The notes beneath the pieces are model-generated. The model saw only the letters and a program-made list of their open reading frames with translations. It searched no databases and was not told the origin of the DNA. Source: an uncultured Verrucomicrobiae bacterium (GTDB lineage Bacteria; Verrucomicrobiota; Verrucomicrobiia; Chthoniobacterales; JAFAMB01). From it: a DNA stretch of 64,000 bases. The translations under genes were made by a program, and so were the position numbers. Shown here one piece after another: positions 18,068-28,207 of the stretch. The stretch lies in assembly GCA_963837955.1 (NCBI GenBank), contig CAWIPH010000002.1, positions 4,192,001 through 4,256,000 on the forward strand. Direction: 5' to 3'. Position 1 is the first letter of the stretch, and the number at the start of each line of letters is the position of its first letter.

Positions 18068-20320
18068 ATGGCACGTTCCAGATCCTCTTCATTGCTTGAT
18101 TTTCGCATTCTCTTTCTAGCTGGCTTGTTCCTGGTTGCATTGACCGCCATCGGAATCCGCCTCTGGTGGGTGCAGGTAAAACTATACGGGACCTACAAAG
18201 CGCGAATCCAAGGCTCCTCCGAAGTAACGGTTCGCATCCCTTCAATTCGTGGCGAGATTCGGGATCGAAACGGAGTCGCATTGGTTTCAAACCGTCCGAG
18301 CTACGAGGTTGATTTTTATCTCCCCGATCTGGTAACTGGCTATAAGAAACAATATGGCCAGCCGCCGACGTTAGATTACCGCGCACGCGATTCCGAAGGG
18401 ATGTTGCACGACCGAAAAGTGGAAGACATCGTGCAAATTGTCGATAAAACCATCATCCCGCGTCTGGAAGAACTCAAGGTTGCAGAACCCTACAACTCTG
18501 AACGCTTACGAACCCACTATCGAAATAATACGCTCGTTCCTTTCACCTACCGAGAAGATCTCGACTTTGCTACTTTCTCCAAGTTCGCGGAGAAGGATCT
18601 GGGGTTACCCGGCGTCCAAGTTAACGTTCGGCCGGTACGCAGATACGTGTACAACGCGATGGCGGCTCAGATTTTGGGTTATGTGGGCGCGCCAAAAGAT
18701 ATCAACAAGCTACCGGACATCAGAGATTTTAATTTCTACGAACCGGATGTTCAGGGCCGGACCAACATCGAGTACTATCTAGACGATGAATTGCGGGGTA
18801 AACCGGGTAAGCGCATTCTCAAAAAGAACGCGAAGAACAAGATAGAAGGCGAGAAGGAGGTCGTACAACCGACTCCCGGAGCTAACGTTTATCTCACGAT
18901 CGACTCGCGGATTCAGTACATCGTCGAGACGACACTTCGTTCTGTCGGTCGCGCCGCGTGTGTAGTGGTGGATCCCAACAATGGGGAAATTCTGGCCATG
19001 GCATCGGTACCGTCTTACGATCCCAACAAATTCATCCCCTCAATCTCGGCCCGAGATTGGGCCGCCATTAAGGACGCGGAAGCCGATCCGCTAACCAATC
19101 GGGCAATCAGCGCATACGCTCCGGGATCAACCTATAAACTCGCGACCTCCCTAGCAGGTTTGACCCGAGGTTTAGCCAAAGCCCAGTTCACTTGTAGCGG
19201 CGGCGTGACCTACGGAAACACCTACATGAAATGCTGGATCGCCGCCAAAGGGGGCTCTCACGGAACTCAAACTTTGACGGAGGCGATCAAGAATTCCTGC
19301 AATGCATATTTTTATCAATACGGAAACGCTGCAGGTATCGACGCAATCGATAAGGTGGGAAACACGCTCGGACTAGGCCAGCCGTCTGGAATTGAACTAA
19401 GCGGCGAAGATCCCGGCTTGTTGCCCTCTCCCGAGTGGCTCCGGATCAATAAGAACGAAAAATGGAGCCAAGGGCAGACGGCCAACACTTCAATCGGTCA
19501 AGGATACGTACTCGCTAGCCCGCTCCAGATGGCTATGGTCGCTGCGACGGTGGCCAACGGTGGCACCGTATATAAACCGAATATCATTTACCAGATCCAG
19601 GAACCGGACGGCACGATGCTCCGGCGGCCCGAGAAAATCCGAGGTGATCTCCGGAAAGATAATAATCTGACTAAGGAGGAAATTGAATTAGTTCGCCGTG
19701 GGATGTGGCGAGTCGTGAATGACTCCGGTGGGACCGGTGCTAAGGCCAAGATTCCGGGCGTTGTCGTCGCCGGGAAGACTGGCACTGCCCAATTTTGGCG
19801 TAACGGCGCAAAAGACAACCACACCTGGTTTCTCGCATTTGCACCTTACGACAATCCAAAAATCGCTCTAGCTGTCTTGGTACAGGGAGCGCAAGCCGGC
19901 GGTCAAGTACCTGCTCCAATTGCGGCGAAGATGATGGAACAGATACTTGCGCTGGACAAAGGCTTTGATCCTGGAACGAAGGCGCTCGATCCCGCGGTCG
20001 GGAATTTTAAATTCGTCGAAAGCATAGATTTCAAGGAGAGCGGAGTACCCGCCCAGTTTGCGCCGAACGACGAAGAAACGGCGGATACACACCCGGTCGC
20101 AGAAGAAACAGCCAAGAATTCTTCCAAGAACAAAGGCTCTGAACCAGATATCCGCCCAGAGGCAGATAACCACAATTCAAGCACTAATAAAACGGCTCAG
20201 CAGCAGGAAAAGCATAAGAGCTTCTTCGATTTTTTCCGCAAGAAACCGAAAGAGGACAACTCGGGCCAACAACAGCAACAGCAGCAACCCGAAAAGAAAA
20301 AGCATTTCCTCTTTTTCTGA
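18068..20320 (+). CDS. mrdA: Penicillin-binding protein 2 (class B) with low-complexity C-terminal tail
   Basis: RGEIRDRNG, STYK, SCN, KTGTAQ active-site motifs; mre operon context. Confidence 0.95.
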   Translation: MARSRSSSLLDFRILFLAGLFLVALTAIGIRLWWVQVKLYGTYKARIQGSSEVTVRIPSIRGEIRDRNGVALVSNRPSYEVDFYLPDLVTGYKKQYGQPPTLDYRARDSEGMLHDRKVEDIVQIVDKTIIPRLEELKVAEPYNSERLRTHYRNNTLVPFTYREDLDFATFSKFAEKDLGLPGVQVNVRPVRRYVYNAMAAQILGYVGAPKDINKLPDIRDFNFYEPDVQGRTNIEYYLDDELRGKPGKRILKKNAKNKIEGEKEVVQPTPGANVYLTIDSRIQYIVETTLRSVGRAACVVVDPNNGEILAMASVPSYDPNKFIPSISARDWAAIKDAEADPLTNRAISAYAPGSTYKLATSLAGLTRGLAKAQFTCSGGVTYGNTYMKCWIAAKGGSHGTQTLTEAIKNSCNAYFYQYGNAAGIDAIDKVGNTLGLGQPSGIELSGEDPGLLPSPEWLRINKNEKWSQGQTANTSIGQGYVLASPLQMAMVAATVANGGTVYKPNIIYQIQEPDGTMLRRPEKIRGDLRKDNNLTKEEIELVRRGMWRVVNDSGGTGAKAKIPGVVVAGKTGTAQFWRNGAKDNHTWFLAFAPYDNPKIALAVLVQGAQAGGQVPAPIAAKMMEQILALDKGFDPGTKALDPAVGNFKFVESIDFKESGVPAQFAPNDEETADTHPVAEETAKNSSKNKGSEPDIRPEADNHNSSTNKTAQQQEKHKSFFDFFRKKPKEDNSGQQQQQQQPEKKKHFLFF

Positions 20321-20359
20321 TTTAGCGGCGAGCCGCAAAACCTCTTTTGACTCGGAAAA

Positions 20360-21925
20360 ATGTTAGAAAAAGTGAAGCAATTTCTCGGAATCAATCCGAA
20401 GAAAGTTGGCAATCAAATTGTAATCAGTTGCGAAAAATTGGAACGCAGAGTCGCGCTCTTGGAAGACGGCGTTCTGGAAGAATACAACATTGAGCGCGAT
20501 ACCGATCGCAACATCGTCGGCAGCATCTTTAAAGGCAAAGTAAAGAACATCGAACAAGGTCTGAAAGCGATGTTCGTGGATATCGGCTTCGAGAAGAACG
20601 CCTTTCTCCATTTTTGGGACGCCTTGCCCGGATTGGATAGTAGTGTCGAGGAGGTCAGCCGAGCCGGACGCAAGCACCGCAAAAAGATTACGGCCAAAGA
20701 CGTCCCGGAAATCTATCCCGTAGGCTCGGAGGTGATGGTCCAGGTCACCAAGGGGCCAATCAGTAATAAGGGGCCCCGCATTACCACGAATATCAGCTTG
20801 GCCGGCCGATATTTAGTCCTGATGCCGCATAATGACCAAAGCGGTATTTCTCGTAAGATTGAGGATCCTAAAGAGCGCGAACGTCTCCGTTTGATTCTCC
20901 AAAAATTGGAAATCCCGGAGGGAATGGGCGTGATCATCCGGACAATCGGTGAAGGACAGCGTTTGCGCTATTTTGTGCGGGACCTTGGGTTACTGGTCGA
21001 ACAGTGGCGTCAAATTGAGGCCGCGTTTAAATCTCGGCCGGCACCAGCCGTTTTGTTCCAAGAGCCGGACTTAACCGATCGGACCGTACGGGATTTTCTC
21101 ACTGAGGAGATCGATGTCGTGTATTGCGACGACGAAGTGGCCGTAACAAGCATGCAAGAACAAGTTGGCCAAATATCGAAGCGCTCAAAACGCCGAATTG
21201 TTCTCTACAACGAATCGACCCCGATTTTCGAACGTTTTGGCATCCAGAAACAAATCGATGACGCTTTCCATCGTCAGGTCTGGCTGAAATGTGGCGGCTA
21301 TATCGTGATTGATGAAACTGAGGCGCTAATTGCGATTGACGTAAACACCGGCCGCAACAAGGGAGGAAGAGATGTTGAGAAGACGATCCTGCAGACCAAT
21401 CTTGAGGCCGCGGATGAAATCGCGAGACAGCTGCGACTCCGCAACATCGGTGGTCTGATTATCAGCGACTTTATCGACATGAAGAATCGGAAAGATCAGC
21501 AACTGGTCTACAACCGCATGAAGGACCGGCTGAAGCGAGATAAAGCGAAAACTCACGTTCTTCCCATTTCGCCGCTGGGTCTGATGGAGATGACGCGACA
21601 ACGCGCACAAGAAAGTCTCGCCGGATCTCTTTTCGTTGTCTGCCCTTATTGCAACGGAAGAGCGGTGGTAAAGAGCCCAATGACCATGAGCGTGGAAATC
21701 CAACGAACTCTGCACACCGTGTTACGGAAACACCCGGAGATTCACGACGTTCGGGTAATAGTGAACCCTGAAATACTAAATCGTTTGAAGACAGAAGACG
21801 AAGAGTTGCTTGTGGAAATTGAGCGGAAATACGCTGGGCGGCTAACCTTCCGAACTGATCCGACCTACCATCACGAAAAGTTTCTCATCCTGGACGGGCA
21901 GACGAACCAGGAGCTGAAAGTCTGA
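20360..21925 (+). CDS. rng: Ribonuclease E/G family (RNase G-sized)
   Basis: S1 domain, AIDVNTG, QLRLRNIGGLIISDFIDM, CPYC. Confidence 0.93.
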   Translation: MLEKVKQFLGINPKKVGNQIVISCEKLERRVALLEDGVLEEYNIERDTDRNIVGSIFKGKVKNIEQGLKAMFVDIGFEKNAFLHFWDALPGLDSSVEEVSRAGRKHRKKITAKDVPEIYPVGSEVMVQVTKGPISNKGPRITTNISLAGRYLVLMPHNDQSGISRKIEDPKERERLRLILQKLEIPEGMGVIIRTIGEGQRLRYFVRDLGLLVEQWRQIEAAFKSRPAPAVLFQEPDLTDRTVRDFLTEEIDVVYCDDEVAVTSMQEQVGQISKRSKRRIVLYNESTPIFERFGIQKQIDDAFHRQVWLKCGGYIVIDETEALIAIDVNTGRNKGGRDVEKTILQTNLEAADEIARQLRLRNIGGLIISDFIDMKNRKDQQLVYNRMKDRLKRDKAKTHVLPISPLGLMEMTRQRAQESLAGSLFVVCPYCNGRAVVKSPMTMSVEIQRTLHTVLRKHPEIHDVRVIVNPEILNRLKTEDEELLVEIERKYAGRLTFRTDPTYHHEKFLILDGQTNQELKV

Positions 21926-21979
21926 GTCGGGGCTCATGGGACTCATAGGACGCGCGGAACTCCGCGAGCGCTACCCGAC

Positions 21980-23173
21980 TCAATCGTCGCCGGTCCGCAG
22001 CAGATACGCGGCAGCACCACAGGTCAGTAAGGCTCCCGCCGCCAGTACCAGTAAATCGGGCACGATGTACCGGAATGGCGCGCTATACATGTTCACTTGC
22101 CGAAACGCGTGACAAAAATGGGTTAGGGGGAAAAGTTCGCTAAACCATTGTACCGGCTCTGGTAGCTGATCTAACGGTGCAAACGCTCCTGAGAGAATAA
22201 ATACCGGCAACAGGACAAACACGGAAAACTGGATGGCTTGTGTCTGCGTTTTAGAAAACGCCGATATCAGCAGACCCAAGCCGAGCGAGCAAATGAGAAA
22301 TAGTACGCAGATCAAAGCTAACAAGTGGATTCTCTGAAAATGCACGCCGAAATGCAGATGACTCAGGAAAATCGTAGAAGCGATGAGTACAAGAGAAATG
22401 AGCAGATAGGGTATCACCTTTCCGATCACCACCTCGCTTTGCCGAAGCGGCGTCACCAAGAGTTGAGATAGGGTGCCTACTTCTCGCTCCCGCGTGATGG
22501 TACTTGCGATGAGGGTAACGGTCAGCAGCTGCAAGATCAATCCGACGATGCCAGGAACGATGAAGTCGATGAACTTCAACCCAGGATTGTATAGAATCTG
22601 CCTTTCCACAATCCATGGCGTCATCGCCGAGCCGAACTCATTCCGCACGCTGGGCGGTAAAGTGCGGCCCATTTCAAACACCTGATCCGGCAAGTTATCG
22701 ATCATGCTCTCTCGCATCTTCATCTGAAATTCCCCCAAGATACCCTGGAGAACTCCTTCGATCTGCGGAGCCGTATTAGTGTCAGTACCATCCAACACCA
22801 CGTGGACTGGTTTGGGATCCCCGTTGTGCAAGCCTTGACCCCAACCCGAGGGAACAATAACCGCCGCAGAGGCATGGTTCTTCAAAAGATCGACTTTGCC
22901 GGTTTTCGTCTCCTTCCAATCTTTCCAGGCGAAACTCTTGTTTGATTTCAGAAGCTCGATCAGTTTTGCGCTTTCCGTACTCCGGTCCGCATCATAGAGG
23001 AGAGCCGGAACATCCTGTAGGTTCTGTTGTTCCTCGAATGCATGTCCAAACACGAGGGTAAAAAATGGCGGCAAGATGATAATGGAAAGGAGGACTCGCC
23101 GGTCGCGCCAGACATGAATAAATTCTTTGTAAGCGATCGTTCCGATCGATCGCCAGAAACGCAGACCTATCAT
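21980..23173 (-). CDS. ABC-2 type transporter permease (YbhS/YbhR-like)
   Basis: KEFIHVWRDRR, large periplasmic loop, YNP, REREVGTLSQLLVTP, PLTHF. Confidence 0.93.
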   Translation of the reverse strand: MIGLRFWRSIGTIAYKEFIHVWRDRRVLLSIIILPPFFTLVFGHAFEEQQNLQDVPALLYDADRSTESAKLIELLKSNKSFAWKDWKETKTGKVDLLKNHASAAVIVPSGWGQGLHNGDPKPVHVVLDGTDTNTAPQIEGVLQGILGEFQMKMRESMIDNLPDQVFEMGRTLPPSVRNEFGSAMTPWIVERQILYNPGLKFIDFIVPGIVGLILQLLTVTLIASTITREREVGTLSQLLVTPLRQSEVVIGKVIPYLLISLVLIASTIFLSHLHFGVHFQRIHLLALICVLFLICSLGLGLLISAFSKTQTQAIQFSVFVLLPVFILSGAFAPLDQLPEPVQWFSELFPLTHFCHAFRQVNMYSAPFRYIVPDLLVLAAGALLTCGAAAYLLRTGDD

Positions 23174-24138
23174 GACGCACCCACGGTAAGCTTTCGCGAT
23201 CCGGTCATTTCATCGAGATGGCCAAGCGAGTAAGCCATGAACACATCCTCCATGTCCGGCGGTACAGTCTCATGGCCCAGCCATTTCAGATTCGGATAAG
23301 GCCAGCTTTTGAACAATTCCGCAACAAACGCCTCCGGGTCATCAGTCAAAATGCGCAATCGGCCGCTGCGCAGCTCCACCGTGAGCACCTCGGATCTCCT
23401 TCTAAAGATCGGCAGCGCCTCCATCACTGGTTCAACGTGCAACTCAACGAGTTTGCCTTCCAGCCTCTGTTTTAGCCGAGAGGGCGCATCCTTAGCCATG
23501 AGCCTACCCTCCTGAATAAAGCCGACATCAGTACAACGCTCAGCCTCATCCATGTAATGGGTGGTAACGAAAATCGTCCTTCCCCGCTGGCTCAGCTCGT
23601 AAAGCAGATCCCAAATCGACTGCCGATGAACCGGATCAAGTCCTGCCGTCGGCTCGTCCAGAAAGAGAAGGGTCGGATCGTGAACTAACGCGCAGGCGAT
23701 TGAAAGTAGTTGTTTGAATCCGCCGGATAGCCTTCCGGCGCGCGCATTCCGGCGGTCAGCCAACTCAAAATTGCTAAGAACGGCTTCGATCCGCGGATCT
23801 AATTCCGATCGCGGAACTTGGTATGCGCCGCCGAAGAAACGCAAATTTTCGATGACCGTAAGGTCGGTGTACAAGCTAAACCGTTGGGGCACGTAGCCGA
23901 ACCTTTCTCTAATCCGGTGGCGCTCACGCCACACGTCCAAGCCAAAAACACTCCCCCGACCAGCGCTCGGTCGGGTCAAGCCGCATAGCATTCGGATCGT
24001 CGTAGTCTTTCCGGCGCCATTGGCTCCCAAGAACCCAAAGATCTCGCCGCCATGTACCGCCATAGTCACGTTATTGACCGCGAGCGTATTGCGATACCGC
24101 TTAACGATTCCGTGTAACTCAATGACCGGTTCAGGCAT
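23170..24138 (-). CDS. ABC transporter ATP-binding protein (single NBD, YbhF/DrrA-like)
   Basis: GANGAGKTT, LSGG, LFLDEPT, TTHYMDEAE. Confidence 0.96.
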   Translation of the reverse strand: MPEPVIELHGIVKRYRNTLAVNNVTMAVHGGEIFGFLGANGAGKTTTIRMLCGLTRPSAGRGSVFGLDVWRERHRIRERFGYVPQRFSLYTDLTVIENLRFFGGAYQVPRSELDPRIEAVLSNFELADRRNARAGRLSGGFKQLLSIACALVHDPTLLFLDEPTAGLDPVHRQSIWDLLYELSQRGRTIFVTTHYMDEAERCTDVGFIQEGRLMAKDAPSRLKQRLEGKLVELHVEPVMEALPIFRRRSEVLTVELRSGRLRILTDDPEAFVAELFKSWPYPNLKWLGHETVPPDMEDVFMAYSLGHLDEMTGSRKLTVGAS

Positions 24139-24168
24139 CTAAATAGTCAGCCAACAGGACTCGCGGGA

Positions 24169-25062
24169 TCAAAATTTTGCGCTAAAACTGAGCTGCGCAA
24201 AGGGTGCTACGTCGAAGGCTGTTACTTTGTAATCAGCCCGCGAATAATCAAATTTTCTGTACGGCACACAACCACTCTCCAAATCGAGCGACACCGACCG
24301 AGCTACTTTCCAGGTAACGCCTGCACCCGCGCGGATCTCGGTAAAATCCACAATGCTGTTATTCAGCTGTCGCAGACCGCGGGCTGTGCCGAAATCGCCG
24401 GAGACACGATAAGATCCATTCTTTAAAGATGCGCCGACGTGCAGAGTCATGTTTCGATTCAACTCATAATCGATCTGCGGATCCGGTAGAATCGCATCGA
24501 TAATTACCTTGGGCGCGATCTTCCAGCGAGCGCCCGCAGCCGGGTAAACGGGGCTGTTTCGGTTGATATCGACGCTGAAACCGAATACGCAAAGAAAATC
24601 CTTACTGACAAAATAGGTCGCACCAACCAGAAAGGGAATGTTATAGTCGGCTTCCCTGAGTTGCTTGAAGTCGCTGTACAACCCGGGTTGCGCTTCCACT
24701 CGGAGCAAAAGGGTCGGCGTTAATTGGTAATCGGCGCCGACCACCAGGTTCAGGGATTGGAGCGTATCAGAGATCGGTGCTTTCGCATCTGGGGTAAACG
24801 AAAAGCGCTCCCAATTAAAGCCTAGACGAAGCAAACAACTTTGCGAAACCTGGTTCGACGCAACGATATTCGCTGAGCTATCGATTTCATAAAATCCACC
24901 GAACGATTGATGACCGCGCTTCAATTCGCTAGAACCGACGTAGGCAGTGTCAGCGTTGGCTTCAAACGACCAAGACGCGAGATCGCCAGGGCCGACCGCT
25001 CCCGCCCAGCTCGTCAGAGAGACGGCAGCGACAGCTATTAGTCCTAGGGAATGAAGGCGCAC
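24169..25062 (-). CDS. Outer-membrane beta-barrel protein (DUF6268-like)
   Basis: Signal peptide, alternating amphipathic strands, C-terminal AQLSFSAKF beta-signal. Confidence 0.8.
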   Translation of the reverse strand: MRLHSLGLIAVAAVSLTSWAGAVGPGDLASWSFEANADTAYVGSSELKRGHQSFGGFYEIDSSANIVASNQVSQSCLLRLGFNWERFSFTPDAKAPISDTLQSLNLVVGADYQLTPTLLLRVEAQPGLYSDFKQLREADYNIPFLVGATYFVSKDFLCVFGFSVDINRNSPVYPAAGARWKIAPKVIIDAILPDPQIDYELNRNMTLHVGASLKNGSYRVSGDFGTARGLRQLNNSIVDFTEIRAGAGVTWKVARSVSLDLESGCVPYRKFDYSRADYKVTAFDVAPFAQLSFSAKF

Positions 25063-25107
25063 AGAAAATTCTTCTTCTTTGCTGAGTAAAAAACTGCCGG
25101 CTGTTAT

Positions 25108-26163
25108 CTACCGGGATGGCATATCCTTCAAGAAGGCCCGCACGTTCTTTTGGATTTCCCGCAGCATCGCCGATCCTGATCCCATCCGCTCAACACCCTT
25201 TAACTCCCCAATAGAGGACGAAGAGATAAGATCACTCCTCCAAGCCAAAGTAGCCGCGCTTCCGTTAATAGTGATCGGCCACATCTGATAGAAAGTCACG
25301 TAGACATTCAGTTCACCGCTCGCGTAATACTCAATGTCCACGCCCTGCCAACCGTCGTTGACATTCTTCCCGTAAAAAGCCCCCAACGCCACAGCCGCTT
25401 CGTTGTCACCTTCAAATAAAGTCCAATATGAGCTCGGTGGCAGAGATCCTCGTCCACCACCAAGCGGAGTCGATTCTATGAGAGAGGAAAACTGTGAGCG
25501 AGTTTTGCTGTCTTCTCGAATCAACCTGTTCAATTCTTCGCCCGGTTTCAAACTGTTCCCACCCGTTTCGTAGGGTGATAGGCTACTCGCACCACCTGAC
25601 AGAAACTCTTTCGCTCTCTGAGAAAGTACTTGGCTCCAGAATGCGACCACGGATGCGGGCACATTCCCTTTTTCGCCGCCCGGCTGATATAAGCGGACCT
25701 CCTGCTTGCTAAGTTGCAATTTGGAAGGGTCGCCCGGAAGAGATTCGGTCGCTGCGACAAAGGCTTTCACGGAAGAGGTGTTGGGAGCTGAGCTCAACTT
25801 CTGGAAATCGTTTGGCGAGGGCGAGGAACCGATGTCCACCTGAAGAAAAGTCCGAAGTTCTGAGTGCCGGGCTGGATTCCATTGCTGCAGCCCGGCCGCG
25901 GCCTGGGGCACGGGAACATGGACTACGAACGCTGATTCAATAACAACGCCGCGGCTCAGGCCCATTTGTGGCCCTCGTTGGGCAAGAATTTCTCCGCTGG
26001 AAAGGCGATTCAAGTCTGCGTCCTTGAAGACCGAAATTCCTCGTAGATCGCTCAGGGCATCACCGTAAGCGCCTCCGGCTGCAAAGAAAATCAGCGCCAG
26101 TAAAGATATCGAGATCGAGCCGCGATGGTCGGCCCCATTCAGATAATCACGTAAGGGTCTCAA
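25108..26163 (-). CDS. Exported/periplasmic protein of unknown function
   Basis: 351-aa ORF, hydrophobic N-terminal signal (ISLLALIFFAAGGAYG), co-oriented with the barrel and ABC genes. Confidence 0.75.
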   Translation of the reverse strand: MRPLRDYLNGADHRGSISISLLALIFFAAGGAYGDALSDLRGISVFKDADLNRLSSGEILAQRGPQMGLSRGVVIESAFVVHVPVPQAAAGLQQWNPARHSELRTFLQVDIGSSPSPNDFQKLSSAPNTSSVKAFVAATESLPGDPSKLQLSKQEVRLYQPGGEKGNVPASVVAFWSQVLSQRAKEFLSGGASSLSPYETGGNSLKPGEELNRLIREDSKTRSQFSSLIESTPLGGGRGSLPPSSYWTLFEGDNEAAVALGAFYGKNVNDGWQGVDIEYYASGELNVYVTFYQMWPITINGSAATLAWRSDLISSSSIGELKGVERMGSGSAMLREIQKNVRAFLKDMPSR

Positions 26164-26171
26164 AACGGCGC

Positions 26172-26200
26172 ACGGTAGCCTTCACCGTTTTTAGGGTCAA
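26172..26200 (-). promoter_or_regulatory. Putative sigma70 promoter for the four-gene unit
   Basis: Minus strand TTGACC (26200-26195), 17 bp, TACCGT (26177-26172), 8 nt before the TTG start. Confidence 0.5.
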
Positions 26201-26350
26201 TGTGAAATCCAAAATTGCCATGGTGGGCGACGTCAGCCAATCACCGTCATGGCGCCGGAAATGATTCCGTCTCAAAAAGCACCGCTTTAAGCCCGCGTTA
26301 TTTTTTTATTGTGCCTCTAGCGGTGTTACCTATGTTCAACCCTCTTCTCT

Positions 26351-28207
26351 ATGGATGCCGAGCTTCAAACCATGATCGATTCTCGCAATTTAACGCCTAA
26401 GGACGCTGCTATACTCGATCAGCTGAAACCCGGGACCTTCTGCCTGCACAAGAGTTGGGGGTTTGGCCAAGTACACGGCTGGAACTTGCTGCTGAATCAG
26501 ATCATCATCGATTTTCAGTCCAAGAAACAGCATGTAATGCAGCTGAAATATGCGACCGACTCGCTGCAACCGTTGGGGGAAGAGCATGTTCTAGTGCGCA
26601 AAGCGCTGGATGCCGAAGCTCTGAAAGTGCAGGCCCATAAAGACGTTCCAGCTCTGTTCGAACTGCTTCTTTCCAGCTTCGGAGGAAAAATCACCCCAGA
26701 CCAAATTCAGAAGGTAATGACACCGGATCTTCTTCCCGACACAGAGTTTAAGAAATGGTGGGAGAATGCCAAGAAAACGCTGCGCAAGGATGGAAGGTTT
26801 TCGATTCCGGCAAAGAAAACTGAGCCGATTACGATACGAGACCGGTCGGTTTCATACGCCGATGAGCTTCTGCAACAGTTCCAGCTGGCGCGTCAACTCA
26901 AGAGCCAGGCTGGAGTGCTCGAGAAGATCGCTAGAAATGGCGAAATTTTTGCGGGACAAGAGGAGAGCCTGCAGCCTATCGTTACTCAAGTCGATGAGAT
27001 CGCGGGCCGGAACATTCGGCTCAATCCTGCTCTCGCCATCGAACTATTGATCGTTCGAGATGAGCTGCTCCAGCGTTTTCCTAGCCTCGCACCTGGTTCA
27101 TTAAGCGTGGTTCAGCTGATGCGGGAACACGAAGCCCGCCTTCCGGATATTATTTCCCAAATTGCAGCTACCAAGCAGCGAAGAGTCCTGAACGACTATC
27201 TCGAAGCCTTCCCCAGCGATTGGGACTCTCGACTATTGCAGGCGCTGCCGCACGCTAGCTCGCGCGTAGCGGGCGAGATCGCCAGGATCTTTGTCGAGGA
27301 GAACCGCAAGGAGCAATTTCATCAATGGTTGGTGCGAGGCATTCGAGAACATTCCGTTTCGTCCGAGGTATTGACTTGGCTGGCCAAGGAACGAGGCGCC
27401 ACACACTTCTCGGAGCTCGTTGGGCCGGATTTGATCCCGGCTATGTTGAGCGCAATGGAACGCGAGCAATTCGGTGAGACACGTCGCAGCTCAAAATTGC
27501 ACGACCTTTTGATCGATGACAAAGACCTCATCCCCGACGTAATCGTTCAAACAGAAATCCCCCAAGCTCGCGATCTGATGCGACGCTTAATGACGAGTCC
27601 AGCATTCGAGGAGCTTAATCGGCGTTCGCTCATGGCTCGAATGATCAAGATTCATCCAGACCTTCAGACGATGCTGACTGGGGAAGCGGAGGAACGGGAT
27701 GAAGCGCTCATCGTTTCCTGGACGAGTTTGCAAAGGAAGAAGGAAGAGTACGACGAACTGATCACTAAGAAAATTCCGGAAAACACGAAGGAAATCGGTG
27801 TTGCTCGATCTTACGGCGATCTCCGCGAGAATTTTGAATTCAAGGCCGCCAAGGAGATGCAGAGCGTTTTGATGCGCCGGAAGGCTGAACTGGAACAAAT
27901 GCTCGAGCGCGCCAGAGGATCGAATTTTGAAAATGTGGACACCCAACAAGTCTCGGTTGGGACCGTCGTAACCGTTCGAGACTTGGAAACGGACTCTTCC
28001 GCCACTTATTCGATTTTGGGCGCGTGGGATAGTGAACCGGAAAAAGGTATCCTTTCGTACCAGACAGCGTTAGGCCAAGCACTTCTCGGGAAACATCCGG
28101 GTGAAGTTGCTGAACTCCCGACTGAATCCGGTTCTCGCCGCGTAGAGATTGTAGAGATCTTGGCTTACCGCGGTTTAGCGGTAGAGGAAGATTTCGCCAA
28201 AGTTTGA
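26351..28207 (+). CDS. greA: Transcription elongation factor GreA with long N-terminal extension
   Basis: C-terminal IGVARSYGDLRENFEFKAAK, VSVGTVVT, ILGAWDS, SYQTALGQALLG; about 450 extra N-terminal residues. Confidence 0.9.
   Translation: MDAELQTMIDSRNLTPKDAAILDQLKPGTFCLHKSWGFGQVHGWNLLLNQIIIDFQSKKQHVMQLKYATDSLQPLGEEHVLVRKALDAEALKVQAHKDVPALFELLLSSFGGKITPDQIQKVMTPDLLPDTEFKKWWENAKKTLRKDGRFSIPAKKTEPITIRDRSVSYADELLQQFQLARQLKSQAGVLEKIARNGEIFAGQEESLQPIVTQVDEIAGRNIRLNPALAIELLIVRDELLQRFPSLAPGSLSVVQLMREHEARLPDIISQIAATKQRRVLNDYLEAFPSDWDSRLLQALPHASSRVAGEIARIFVEENRKEQFHQWLVRGIREHSVSSEVLTWLAKERGATHFSELVGPDLIPAMLSAMEREQFGETRRSSKLHDLLIDDKDLIPDVIVQTEIPQARDLMRRLMTSPAFEELNRRSLMARMIKIHPDLQTMLTGEAEERDEALIVSWTSLQRKKEEYDELITKKIPENTKEIGVARSYGDLRENFEFKAAKEMQSVLMRRKAELEQMLERARGSNFENVDTQQVSVGTVVTVRDLETDSSATYSILGAWDSEPEKGILSYQTALGQALLGKHPGEVAELPTESGSRRVEIVEILAYRGLAVEEDFAKV

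Noticed and set aside
20268..20288. CAA/CAG repeat as a phase-variation tract
   Set aside because: Mixed codons, in-frame poly-Gln; no frameshift potential
20325..20336. Intrinsic terminator after mrdA
   Set aside because: Only a 4-bp stem with no U-tract on the sense strand
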